Origin: Mobula hypostoma
Lineage: Eukaryota
Assembly: GCF_963921235.1 (NCBI RefSeq)
Contig: NC_086108.1
Coordinates: forward strand, 115,012,001-115,076,000
DNA: 64,000 bases
Direction of reading: 5' to 3'
Shown: piece by piece, positions 53,841 to 64,000 of the stretch
How the letters are laid out: the number at the start of each line of letters is the position of its first letter
Position numbering within the stretch: position 1 is the first letter of the stretch
Program-made: the position numbers and the translations under genes
The notes under the pieces: generated by a model
What the model saw: only the letters and a program-made list of their open reading frames with translations
What the model was told of the DNA's origin: nothing
Database searches by the model: none

Positions 53841-54422
53841 TCCCTCAGTACCTCCCCTCCCACTGTGTGACCCTCCCTCAGTACCGCCCCCTCCCACAGT
53901 GCGACCCTCCCTCAGTACCACCGCTCCCACAGTGTGACTCTCCCTCAGTACCACCCCTCCCACAGTGTGACTCTCCCTCAGTACTGCCCCTCCCACTGTG
54001 TGACCGTCCCTCAGTACCGCCCCCTCCCACAGTGCGACCCTCCCTCTGTACCACCGCTCCCACAGTGTGACCCTCCCTCAGTACCACCCCTCCCACAGTG
54101 TAACCTTCCCTCAGTACCGCCCCTCCCACAGTGTGTCCCTCCCTCAGTACTACCCCTCCCACAGTGTGACCCTCCCTCAGTACTACCCCTCCCACAGTGT
54201 GACTCTCCCTCAGTACCACCCCTCCCACAGTGTGACTCTCCCTCAGTACCATCCCTCCCACAGTGAGGCCCTCCCTCAGTACCACCCCTCCCACAGTGTG
54301 ACCCACCCTCAGTACCACCCCTCCCACAGTGTGACTCTCCGTCAGTACCACCCCTCCCACAGTGTGACCCTCCCTCAGTACCACCCCTCCCACAGTGTGA
54401 CCCTCCCTCAGTACCACCCCTC
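53841..54422 (+). repeat. 33-bp minisatellite array in amylase intron 7
   Basis: About 17 copies of the same unit as 1-131. Confidence 0.97.
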
Positions 54423-54513
54423 GTTTTCTGTGCTCTGACGAGATGGTACTGAAGTTGTTCTAGGCTTTGAAGTGTCAAGGCCCTCACATTACCACCGCTG
54501 TTACAGGACGCAC

Positions 54514-54613
54514 CTTCCCATTAACAAACTTGCGGTCCCACCGAAAACTGGACATGATCCTCGTCTGTCCATAGGGATGAGCGAGCATGAAGGCTGTGGC
54601 TACCTTGTATAAC
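54514..54613 (-). CDS. amy2: alpha-amylase coding exon 7
   Basis: cag|G...AAG|gtgcg, 100 bp, phase 2/0. [33 protein letters not shown]; the chloride-binding Arg of TRIMSS is retained. Confidence 0.97.
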
Positions 54614-54624
54614 CTGTGGGAGTG

Positions 54625-54945
54625 AGGGAGGGGACGAGCCAGAAGACAGAGTGGGGAAGGGAGGAGAGAAAGAGAGGGGGAGGGAGCAAGAGACAATGGG
54701 AGAGGGAGGGAATGGGGAGAGAGGGAATGGAAGAAGGGAGAGGAGAGTGGGGAGAGAGGGGGAGGGAGAGGGGGTGAGAGGGGGAGGGAGAGGGGCGAGA
54801 GGGGGAGGGAGAGGGGCGAGAGGGGAGGGAGAATCGGGTAGAGGGGTGGGACAGTGGGGGAGAGAGGGGCAGTGGGGAGGTGAGGGAGGGAGAGAGGAGG
54901 GAGAATGAGGGGTCAGGCAGGGGTAAGAAGGAAAGGAGGAGGAAG
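54625..54945. repeat. GA-rich low-complexity tract (a long polypyrimidine tract upstream of amylase exon 7 on the minus strand)
   Basis: Near-pure purine runs on the + strand. Confidence 0.8.
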
Positions 54946-56143
54946 ACAAACAAATAGGGGTTCTAAAGAACAATCTGCACCGCAGCCATCAGTCCCATCA
55001 AGTCAGTGCCGACCATTGCCTACCCATTGGGTTGAGACATCACCCCCCACCTTTTGGGCCTCCACAGAGTCATCAGTTCAATCAGGCCAACACTGACCAG
55101 CAACCACTGATTGGCACCAATCCGACACTGATCCCATTTCATTCCCATCAACTCCCTCCCCCCGCACACAGCGGCCATTTAAACCACCAACCCACAAGTC
55201 CTTGGGAGTGTAGGGCTGATGGTGAGATGGAGAACTCTGTGTGGCTGCTGGAACTGAGGGCAACATAAAAGTCTCCCGGAAATGTGATCAGGAATTACTG
55301 TGAAACAGGCTAATCAGCCCCATCCTCGTGCTTTCCATCACTGCCCCCACCCTCCCCATCGCTGCTCTATTCTCCCCAGTGTAGCCCAACCATTTCCGTC
55401 ACTGACCCCCTCCCCATGACTGACCCCCTCCCCGTCACTGCTCCTATTCTCCCTATCATTGTCCCCCTCCCCGTCGCTGACCTCAACCTCCCCGTCGCGG
55501 CCCCAACCCTCCTGATTTCCGGAGCATGGAGAGAAGGGGGGAGTCTCAGTCCCGCAGGGAATGCTGGTGGGGGAACGGGCTTCGGTGGGGATATCAGGAG
55601 CGCGCTGGGCAGATGGGACTCCGATCTCAAACCCCCGCTGTCCTGGGGCTGTACCCACGCATCGGGATCCCTGAGGCAGTCTCATACTGAGTTCAATGCT
55701 GACCAGCAACTGAAGCGATGCTGCTGGTGCTAAACCGTATCGGTCTCAGCCGTTCCTTTGGGTTCATCGGTTGTGAGGAGAGAGCAGCCTGCTCTCCATA
55801 TCGTACCGACCTGACGCATGTATCATGCAAACAGCTATGAAACAACACCCATGTTCGACCCCAGACGAATGGAAAGCCTCAGCTGGGACAGAGTGGGTCA
55901 GAGGCAGCAATTCAGGAGGTGATTCTGGATGGTTACCGGCTTGAACCTCCCTGTTCCACCAGCAGCGACCAGTCCTCAGCATTCCCTGAATTAGTCTCAG
56001 ACTTCCAGTGGCTGCAGGAGTTTATTTGCAGAGGACGAGGAGGGTGGGAGCATAGCGATGAGGAAGTTCAGGGAAGCCATGTGGGGGTGGGGGCAGGGAA
56101 CAATGACCAGCACAGAACTTAGGACAGAATGGCCTGTTTATCA

Positions 56144-56359
<216 letters not shown>

Positions 56360-56446
56360 TCATCAAAGGGCTGGGTCACAGACATTCTTGGGGAACAGGG
56401 CTGGTATCCTCACAAGAACACATTCTCCCAATGTTCATTCATATCC

Positions 56447-57269
56447 ATGTGGGAGGGGTGGTACTGAGGGAGGGTCACACTGTGGGAGGGGTGGTACTGA
56501 GGGAGGGTTGCACTGTGGGAGGGGTGGTACTGAGGGACGGTCACACTGTGTGAGGGGTGGTACTGAGGGAGGGTCACACTGTGGAGGGGTGGTACTGAGG
56601 GAGAGTCACATTGTGGGAGGCGTGGTACTGAGGGAGGGTCACACTGTGGGAGGGGTGGTACTGAGGGAGGGTCACACTGGGAGGGGTGGTACGAAGGGAG
56701 AGTCACACTGGGAGGGGTGGTACTGTGGGAGGGTCACACTGTGGGGGGGTGGTACTGTGGGAGGGTCACACTGTGGGAGGGGTGGTACTGAGGGAGGGTC
56801 ACACTGTGGAGGGGTGGTACAATGGAGGGTCACACTGTGGGAGGGTGGTACTGAGGGGGGGTCACACTGTGGGAGGGGCGGTACTGAAAGAGGGTCACAC
56901 TGTGGGAGGGGTGGTACTGAGGGAGGGTCACACTGTGGGAGGTGTGGTACTGAGGGAGGGTCACACTGTGGGAGGGGTGGTACTGAAAGGGTCACACTGT
57001 GGGAGGGGTGGTACTGAGGGAGGGTCACACTGTGGGAGGGGTGGTACTGAAAGGGTCACACTGTGGGAGGGGTGGTACTGAGGGAGGGTCACACTGTGGA
57101 GGGGTGGTACTGAGGGAGGGTCACACTGTGGGAGGCGTGGTACTGAGGGAGGGTCACACTGTGGGAGGGGTGGTACTGAAAGAGGGTCACACTGTGGGAG
57201 GGGTGGTACTGAGGGAGGGTCACACTGGGAGGGGTGGTACTGAGGGAGAGTCACACTGTGGGAGGGGTG
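56447..57269 (-). repeat. 33-bp minisatellite array in amylase intron 5, opposite orientation
   Basis: About 25 copies of gggaggggtggtactgagggagggtcacactgt, the reverse complement of the unit above. Confidence 0.97.
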
Positions 57270-57281
57270 AACCACCCTTAC

Positions 57282-57415
57282 CTGAGGTAAGCCATTTTTT
57301 CACCATTCCACCGACGAACCACCGTGCCCAGCTTGGCAGAGTACTTGAATTCGGTTACCCGTCCCAGGTTGAAGTACTGTGATGATTGGATGGGCTCTCC
57401 CCCCAGGTCGATCAC
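57282..57415 (-). CDS. amy2: alpha-amylase coding exon 5
   Basis: cag|GTG...AG|gtaag, 134 bp, phase 0/2. VIDLGGEPIQSSQYFNLGRVTEFKYSAKLGTVVRRWNGEKMAYL. Confidence 0.97.
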
Positions 57416-58589
57416 CTGCAGGAGAAGGAGCGTGCTGGTGATGGACCGAGAGGCGAGCTGGGTGGGACAGTCCCACTACTGCACCAAGTGCAGGAACGTT
57501 CCCACACCGGAGATGCCCGTCACTGGGATGGAACCGATTGTTCTAATGGAACGAATCTTCTATCTTCCATCGGGCAGAAGATATAAAGAACTTTATCCCA
57601 CTGGACAAGACTACTGAATGACCCCTCAATATAACTAGATGATTTCTGAGCTCACAATCTGCCTGTGATGGCCTTGTATCATATTGTCTCCCTGCACTGA
57701 ACAGTCTCTGCACCTGCTACACTTTATTCTGTATTCTGTTACTGTTTGACCTTCTTCTACCTCAACGCACTGTATAATGAATTGATTTGTGTGGACAGGG
57801 TGGTAATGGGAACAAGATCCCAGTACCTATTAATTGTTCCCAATGGCGTGTGTCTCAAATAGACTCGTAACGACCAATTCCAGCTCCTGGCCTTCATGTG
57901 AAGCTTAGCTACTGAGCCCAATGGAACAGTTTCAACTGACAGGAGAAGGGGAAAAGGAGGGCTACTGGCTTTAAAACCAGTCGCTTTGGGCAGATGGAGT
58001 TTGTCCGCTGTGGTTGGCAGCTCATCGAGGAGAAGGAAAACTCTGATCAGAAATCTTCGCTGCGTTGCAGCTATGCCCACCCATGGGGAAGGGTTTGGGA
58101 GTAAATCCTGAGGAAACATCCAGAGCTGGGGTCCCGAAGGCAGACCTTCATTGAGTTCAACGCTGACTGGCAGTTCCTGCGACGCTGCTGGTACCAAACT
58201 GTCCTTCCTTTAGGTGATCAGCTGTGCAGAGGGGGGGGAGTTTGCCGCACGGGCAGCAGCTTTGCTCTTCATATCGTACTGCCCTGGCTTGCACATCTCG
58301 GCACCGAGGATGCAATGTCCGTGGTCAGCTCTGTCCGATGGAGGCCTCAGGTGAAAGACAAGTTTTTTTTTGTTTTTTTTTAATGCATTGTACTTTAATG
58401 CATGTGACAATAGTAAACTAAATAATCAAAGTTATTTAATTTTCGAATCAATCTGTTTTCCAGGGTTAGGACAAGAACTGGAGGGTATAGGATTAAGGCA
58501 AGAAGGGAGAGACTTCATATGAACCTGAGGGATAAGCAACATGAATTTGTGCATATTGAGTCATATCTAACCAGACGCATAGAGGTTTT

Positions 58590-59710
58590 CGAAGTTACCA
58601 GGGAAGCTGATGAAGGAAAGGGAGTGGATGTTGTCTGCATGGATTTTCGCATGGCCTTTGCAATTTCCCGTGCCAGTGGTTCATTCAAGATGAGATAGGA
58701 CATTGGATTAGATATTTCCTTTGGGAGGGAAGTGAGACAGTGATAGTAGATGGTTGCCTCTCTGACTGGAGACCTGCGACTAGTGGTGTGCTTCAGCGAT
58801 TGGTGCTTGTCGGTTGTTTCTCACCCATAACAATGATCTGGATGATAATGTGGTTAACTGCATCAGCAAATTTGCGAATGACACCAAGATTAGGGTATAG
58901 TGGACAGCGAGAAAGACTATCAAAGCTTGCAGCTGCATTTGGACCGGTTGGAAAACGAGCTGAAGATGGCAGATGGAATTTAATGTAGACAAGTTTGAGG
59001 TATTGAATCTTGAGAGGACAAACCCGGGAAGAACTTAGCGAATGGCAGGGCACTGAGGAGAGCGGTAGAAGAAAGGGATCCGGGAGTACAGATCCATAAT
59101 TCATTGAAAATGGCATCACAGGGAGACAGGGTCGCATGGAGAGGTTTAGGCACGTTGGTCTTCATAAACGAACGTATTGAGTACAGAAGATGGGATGTTA
59201 TGTTGAAATTGTATAAGATGTTGGTAAGGGCTAATATGGAGTATTATGTACAATTTTGGTCACCTACCTATAGGAAAGGTATCAATAAGACTGAAAGAGT
59301 ACAGAGCAGATTGACAAGGACGTTGCCAGGCTTCAGGACACAAGTTCTTTGGGAAAGGTGGAATCAATTCGGACTTTACTCCCTAAAATAAAAAGATTTG
59401 ATACAAAATTACGAGGGGTAAATGCAATCAAGCTTTTTCCACTGATGTTGGGTGAGATGCGAACCAGAGGCTATGGAAGGTGAAATACTTAAAGGGAATA
59501 TGAAGGGGAACTTCTTCACTCAGAATGGGAACGAGCTGCCGGTGGAATTCATGGATCTGGATTCGATTTCAACATTTAAGAGAAATTTGGATAGGTACAT
59601 GGATAGGAGGTGTTGCTGGTCGATGGGACAAGGTTGATTAATAGTTTGGCATGGAACAGATGAACCAAAGTGTCTGTTTCTGTTCTGTAGAGTTCTGTGA
59701 CCAAGACTCT
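58590..59710 (+). mobile_element. degraded CR1 fragment
   Basis: MDF..AF, SGV.Q, SKFAND and EYYVQFWSP remnants. Confidence 0.8.
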
Positions 59711-59922
59711 ATAACTTCATCACAAATGGGAATAGCTGAGATGGATTGTTGGGTTGACATAAATCAGTCGGGCTGAAGGGCCGGTTGCTGACACAGGTGT
59801 CTGGACAAGCACTCGAATCACTGAAGAAGAGGAATGTACGGAATGAGTGGTGGGCGGTGGGAATGTGAGGATCGAATGGAATGAAGGGCCTGAGCATGGT
59901 GATGTACCTCTGCAACACTCAC

Positions 59923-60153
59923 CTCCTGGTAGATGAAGGGTTTGCTGCCCGGGCTGAACCAGCGGGTGTTGAGGGTATTCAGCCGGCCGAAGATGGCCTC
60001 TAAGTCCCCGGGCCACATGTGCTTGCAGGCATCCACCCGGAATCCAGCCACGCCCAGTTCCAGCAGACGGTTCAGGTACGCTGCGATCTGATCCCGCACG
60101 TAATCCTTCTGCAGTGCCAGATCCAGCAGGCTCACCAGACGGCAGTCCCTGAC
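59923..60153 (-). CDS. amy2: alpha-amylase coding exon 4
   Basis: cag|GTC...GAG|gtgag, 231 bp. [14 protein letters not shown]...GFRVDACKH (catalytic nucleophile Asp)...FIYQE (acid/base Glu). Confidence 0.98.
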
Positions 60154-60289
60154 CTGTGGAGGCAACGAGGCCTCAGTTCCTACCTCTGAGAGAGCACCCC
60201 CCTCACACACACCAGCACGGTAGTGAGGATCTTACAGGAGGTGGAGGCCGCGAGGGTCAGAACTTGGTGTCTCAGGTTAAGGGGAGTTG

Positions 60290-61045
60290 CAGAGACAGGG
60301 AGGGGTGCAGGTGTTGGAAGGGTCACAGATACAGGGAGGGTGTAGAGGCTGGAAGGGGTTATAGAGGCAGTGAGGGTGTCAGAGCCAGAGGGGGTTACAG
60401 AGATGGGGAGGGGTGTGTGGGAGACATGGAAAGGTCTGTGGGAGATAGAGTAGGATGAAAGGGAGGATGTGGCTATATTGTGGGGTGTAGTCGAGGAGTG
60501 TGTGAGGTGATAGGGAGTGGTATATGTTTGGGTAATGAGGTGCATAGGGGTGTAGGTGAGTGAGGATATGGAGGTGTATAGGGGTGGGATGTGTGGGGGT
60601 TATGGAAGGGTGTGGGGGAAGGGGTGTTGATGAGGACTCTATGGAGAAGTGAAGGGGAGGGGAAATGAAAGTGCAGAGGCTTAGGAGGGTTGTGTGCAGG
60701 ATATGGAGGGGTATAGGTGAGGGATCCGTGGAGAATATGGAGGGGTATGGGGAGGGATCTGTGCAGGATATGGAGGGGTGTGTGGGCGATATGGAGGTAT
60801 GTGTTAGGTGTGGTGTGTCTGGGGACATGGAAGTGTGTATTAAGTGTGGTCTGTTTGAGAACACAGAGAAGTATAGGGTGCGTTGTGTGGGGGGATATGG
60901 AAAGGTGTAGGGTGGGATGTGTGTGGGAGACATGGAGGAATCTGGGGGAGAGGTGTGTGGGTGATACGGAGGTGTGTGTTAGATATGGTGTGTTCGGGGA
61001 TTTGGAGGTGTATATGAGTTGTGTGGGGGGGGGGACGGTGTGTGA
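60290..61045. repeat. G/T/A-rich low-complexity degenerate repeat in amylase intron 3
   Basis: Recurrent gatatggaggggtgtgtggg-like units. Confidence 0.75.
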
Positions 61046-61049
61046 GGTA

Positions 61050-62424
61050 CAGTGCCTATAAAAGGTATCATCCTCCCCCTTGGAAGTTTTCATGATGAAG
61101 GGTCTCAGCCCAAAACATCAACTGTTTATTCTTTTCCATGATGCTGCCTGGCCTGCTGAGTTCCGCCAGCATTTTGTGTGCGTTTCATTGGATTTCCAAT
61201 ATCTGCAAATTTTCTTGTTTGTGGAAGTTTTCATGTTTTATTGTTTTACAACATTGAATCACACTGGATTTAATTTGGCTTTTTTTGACAGTGATCACCA
61301 GAAAAAGAGTCTTTTGTGTCAAAGTGGAAACCAATCTCTACAAAGTAATCTAAATTAATCACAAATATAAAACTCAAAATAATTGATTGCAAAATGTAAC
61401 ACGTCAAATCATCACTGGTGCAACCAATTGAATTTAAAAGTCTCATAATTAGTTAAATGGAGATCTGGTTTTGGAGACCTTTGTGCAGTTAAGGTGTTTC
61501 AATTGATTGTAGTAAAAATACACCTGTGTCTGGAAGGTCCAGTTGTTGGTGAGTCAGTACCCTGGCAAAAACTACACCATGAAGACAAAAGAACACCCCA
61601 AGCAACTCCACAAAAAGGTTATTGAAAGGCACAAGTCAGGAGATGGATACAAGAGAATTTCCAAGTCACTGAATATTCCTTGCAGTTCAGTTAAGTCAAT
61701 CATTGAGAAATGGAAGAATATGGCACAGCTGTAATCTGCCCGGAGAAGGCCGTCCTCAAAAACTGAGTGACCGTGCAAGAAGGGGACTAGTGAGGGAGGC
61801 CACCAAGAGACCTATGAGGGTAGAGCGTAAAATGAATGCAGCAAAATACAGGGAAATCCTGGAGGAAAACCTGATGCAGTCTGTAAGAGAAGTGTGACTT
61901 GGGAGAAGATTTGTTTTCCAGCAACAATGACCCCAAGCATAAAGCCAAAGCTACACAGGAATGGCTTAAAGCACAACAAAGTTAATGTCGTAGAGCAGCC
62001 AAGTCAGAGTCCAGACCTCAATCCAATTGAAAATTTGTGGCTGGACTTGAAAAGGGCTGTTGACACATGATCCCCATGCAATCTGACAGAGTTTATGCAG
62101 TTTTGTAAAGAAGAATGGGGAAAAATTGTAGAGTACAGATGTGCAAAGCTGATAGAGATCTATCCAAACAGACTCCAGGCTGTAATTGCTGCCAAAGGTG
62201 CATCTACTAAATACTGACTCGAAGGGGTTGATAATTATGCAATCAATTATTTTGTGATTTATATTTGTAATCAATGTAGATCAATTTAGAGATCTGTTTT
62301 CAATTTCACATGAAAAGTCTTTTTCTGTTGATTTGTGTCAAAAAAGACAAATTAAATCCACTGTGATTCAATGTGGCAGAAGATGAAAACTCCTGGGGGG
62401 GGGGAGTACTATTTACGGGCAGTG
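61050..62424 (+). mobile_element. Tc1-like DNA transposon, internally deleted, in amylase intron 3
   Basis: TA|cagtgcc...ggcagtg|TA with about 200-bp imperfect TIRs. Fragments MKTKEH..HKSGDGYKRISKSLNIP, GRPQKLS, QQ.NDPKH and SPDLNPIENLW are frameshifted. Confidence 0.9.
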
Positions 62425-62529
62425 TATATGGTGATGTATAAGGGAGGGCTGTCTGGGGGCACATCAGTATGATGGGAGGTAACGAGGTGCGAAGATGCGT
62501 GAGGAGCATGAACCACTGGGTCCCCTCAC

Positions 62530-62727
62530 CTGGTCGACATCATGGTAGTTCTCGATGTTGCCACTGGCGGTGTGACACTTGCCATCGTTGAAATCCCAGG
62601 AGGAGTAGGGCACTCCCGGGAAATCCTCAGCCCCAGCATTGAAGTACGTTCCGCAGGCTGAGTGCCTGCCAGCTCCCCCTGCCGCCCCGCACATGTGGTT
62701 GATCACCACATCGGGATAGATCCGCAC
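62530..62727 (-). CDS. amy2: alpha-amylase (GH13) coding exon 3 (first exon in window)
   Basis: cag|GTG...CAG|gtgag, 198 bp, phase 0/0. [14 protein letters not shown]...[17 protein letters not shown] contains the GH13 region I motif (DxVxNH). Confidence 0.97.
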
Positions 62728-62989
62728 CTGAGCACAAACAGATCGGTAGCCATGTTAGTATAGTGTATCTCCACCACAACAGGTTACTTCCACTCTCTGC
62801 AAGTCCAATAACTGTCTGTGTCTGTCTGGTGGCTAACTACTGCACAGTTCTGGTCCTCCCATTACAGGAAGGGTGTGGGGCTTTGGAGAGGGTACAGAAA
62901 AGGTTCACCATAACACTGTCTGGACCAGAGTGCATGTGCTACAGTGAGAAACTCAGTAGGCCAGGCAGCATCGAGGAAGAGAATACAGT

Positions 62990-63403
62990 TGGGCCTTTAT
63001 TCTTTGGAACGTAGAAGGTTGAGGGGGGACTTGATAGAGGTATTTAAAATTATGACGGGGATAGATAGAGTTGACATGGATAGGCTTTTTCCATTGAGAG
63101 TGGGGAAATTCAAACAAGAGGACATGAGTTGAGAGTTAAGGGGCAAAAGTTTAGGGCTAACATGAGGGGGAGCTTCTTTACTCAGAGAGTGGTAGCTGTG
63201 TGGAACGAGCCTCCAGCAGAAGTGGCCGAGGCAGGTTCAATGTTGTCGTTTAAAGTTAAATTGGATAGCTCTATGGACAGGAAAGGAATGGAGGGTTATG
63301 GGCTGAGTGCAGGTCGGTGGGACTAGGTGAGAGTAAGAGTTCGGCACGGACTAGAAGGGCCAAGGTGGCCTGTTTCCGTGCTGTAATTGTTATATGGTTA
63401 TAG
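62990..63403 (+). mobile_element. young CR1 3' fragment (same subfamily as 45925-46470)
   Basis: LGLYSLERRRLRGD...FTQRVVAVWNE; 3' UTR nearly identical to the reverse complement of 45925-46340. Confidence 0.88.
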
Positions 63404-63706
63404 TCAACATAGGTGCTGCCTGGCCTGCTGAGTTCCTCCAGCATTTTGTGTGTGTTGCTCGGATTTCCAGCATCTGCAGATTTTCTCTTGTTTATGCAAT
63501 GACAGGTTGGATAAACTCAAGTTGTTTTCTCTGGAGCGGGGAGCCTGAGGGGAGATCTGATGGAGATTTATAAGATTAAGAGAGCCATAGACAGACAGAC
63601 GGTGAGAATCTTGGTTCTGTGGTAGAAATATACAATACCATGTCAGTCTGCACTGTGTCAGTCCCCACAGGGTGTGCAACATCAGTCTGCAGTAGGATTA
63701 CCGCTG

Positions 63707-63925
63707 GGAGCACTGCGTCTGCCTACACTGGGTGCACTGTAATAACCCACGACAGGAGCACTGCGTCTGCCTACACTGGGTGCACTGTAATAACCCACGA
63801 CAGGAACACTGCATCTGCCTACACTGGGTGCACTGTAACGACCTAGGCCGGGAGCACTGCGTCGGTCTACATTGGGTGCACCTCAATGACCCACGCTGGG
63901 AGCATTGCGTCGGTCTACACTGGGA
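63707..63925. repeat. 48-bp minisatellite
   Basis: Unit gagcactgcgtctgcctacactgggtgcactgtaataacccacgacag, about 4.5 copies degrading rightward. Confidence 0.9.
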
Positions 63926-64000
63926 GAACCATATCAGTCTACATTGAATTAAACTGTGTCAGTCTACACTGGGAGAACCTGTCAGTCTACACTCGATTAA

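Noticed and set aside
56447..57269. CRISPR-like appearance of ~33-bp repeats
   Set aside because: The units are contiguous with no unique spacers, there are no cas genes, and the context is a eukaryotic intron.

Overview
Eukaryotic (vertebrate) genomic DNA, most likely from a cartilaginous fish. That assignment is an inference from HE1/V-SINE-like and HER1/CR1-like repeats and the amylase sequence. Two spliced genes lie on the minus strand, head-to-tail. (1) An alpha-amylase gene: coding exons 3-10 at 62727 to 49955; exons 1-2 lie beyond the right edge. All catalytic residues are intact and AATAAA sits 12 nt after the stop. (2) Only about 1.4 kb downstream, the CpG-island promoter and coding exons 1-6 (48516 to 2344, 208 codons) of an ERICH3 (C1orf173) orthologue, which continues past the left edge. 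All exons have GT-AG ends and compatible phases. The introns are packed with nested transposon debris: CR1 LINEs (one nearly full length, with esterase ORF1), Rex1/Babar-like LINEs, tRNA- and RTE-type SINEs, two Tc1 elements, a PNMA-gag Gypsy remnant, Penelope-like fragments and minisatellites. The most notable observations are: (a) about 10 copies of a minimal type-I hammerhead ribozyme motif (consensus CAGTC-CTGAYGA-AGGGTCTCGGCCC-GAAAC-GTC-GACTG) carried by Penelope-derived short repeats, some inserted as inverted pairs with target-site duplications; (b) two oppositely oriented 33-bp minisatellite arrays that tightly bracket amylase exons 6-7; (c) the tight amylase-ERICH3 juxtaposition, with RFX X-box motifs; (d) a foldback Tc1 built from two right ends. 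Repeat boundaries are approximate. Family names are recalled from motifs, not from database searches.
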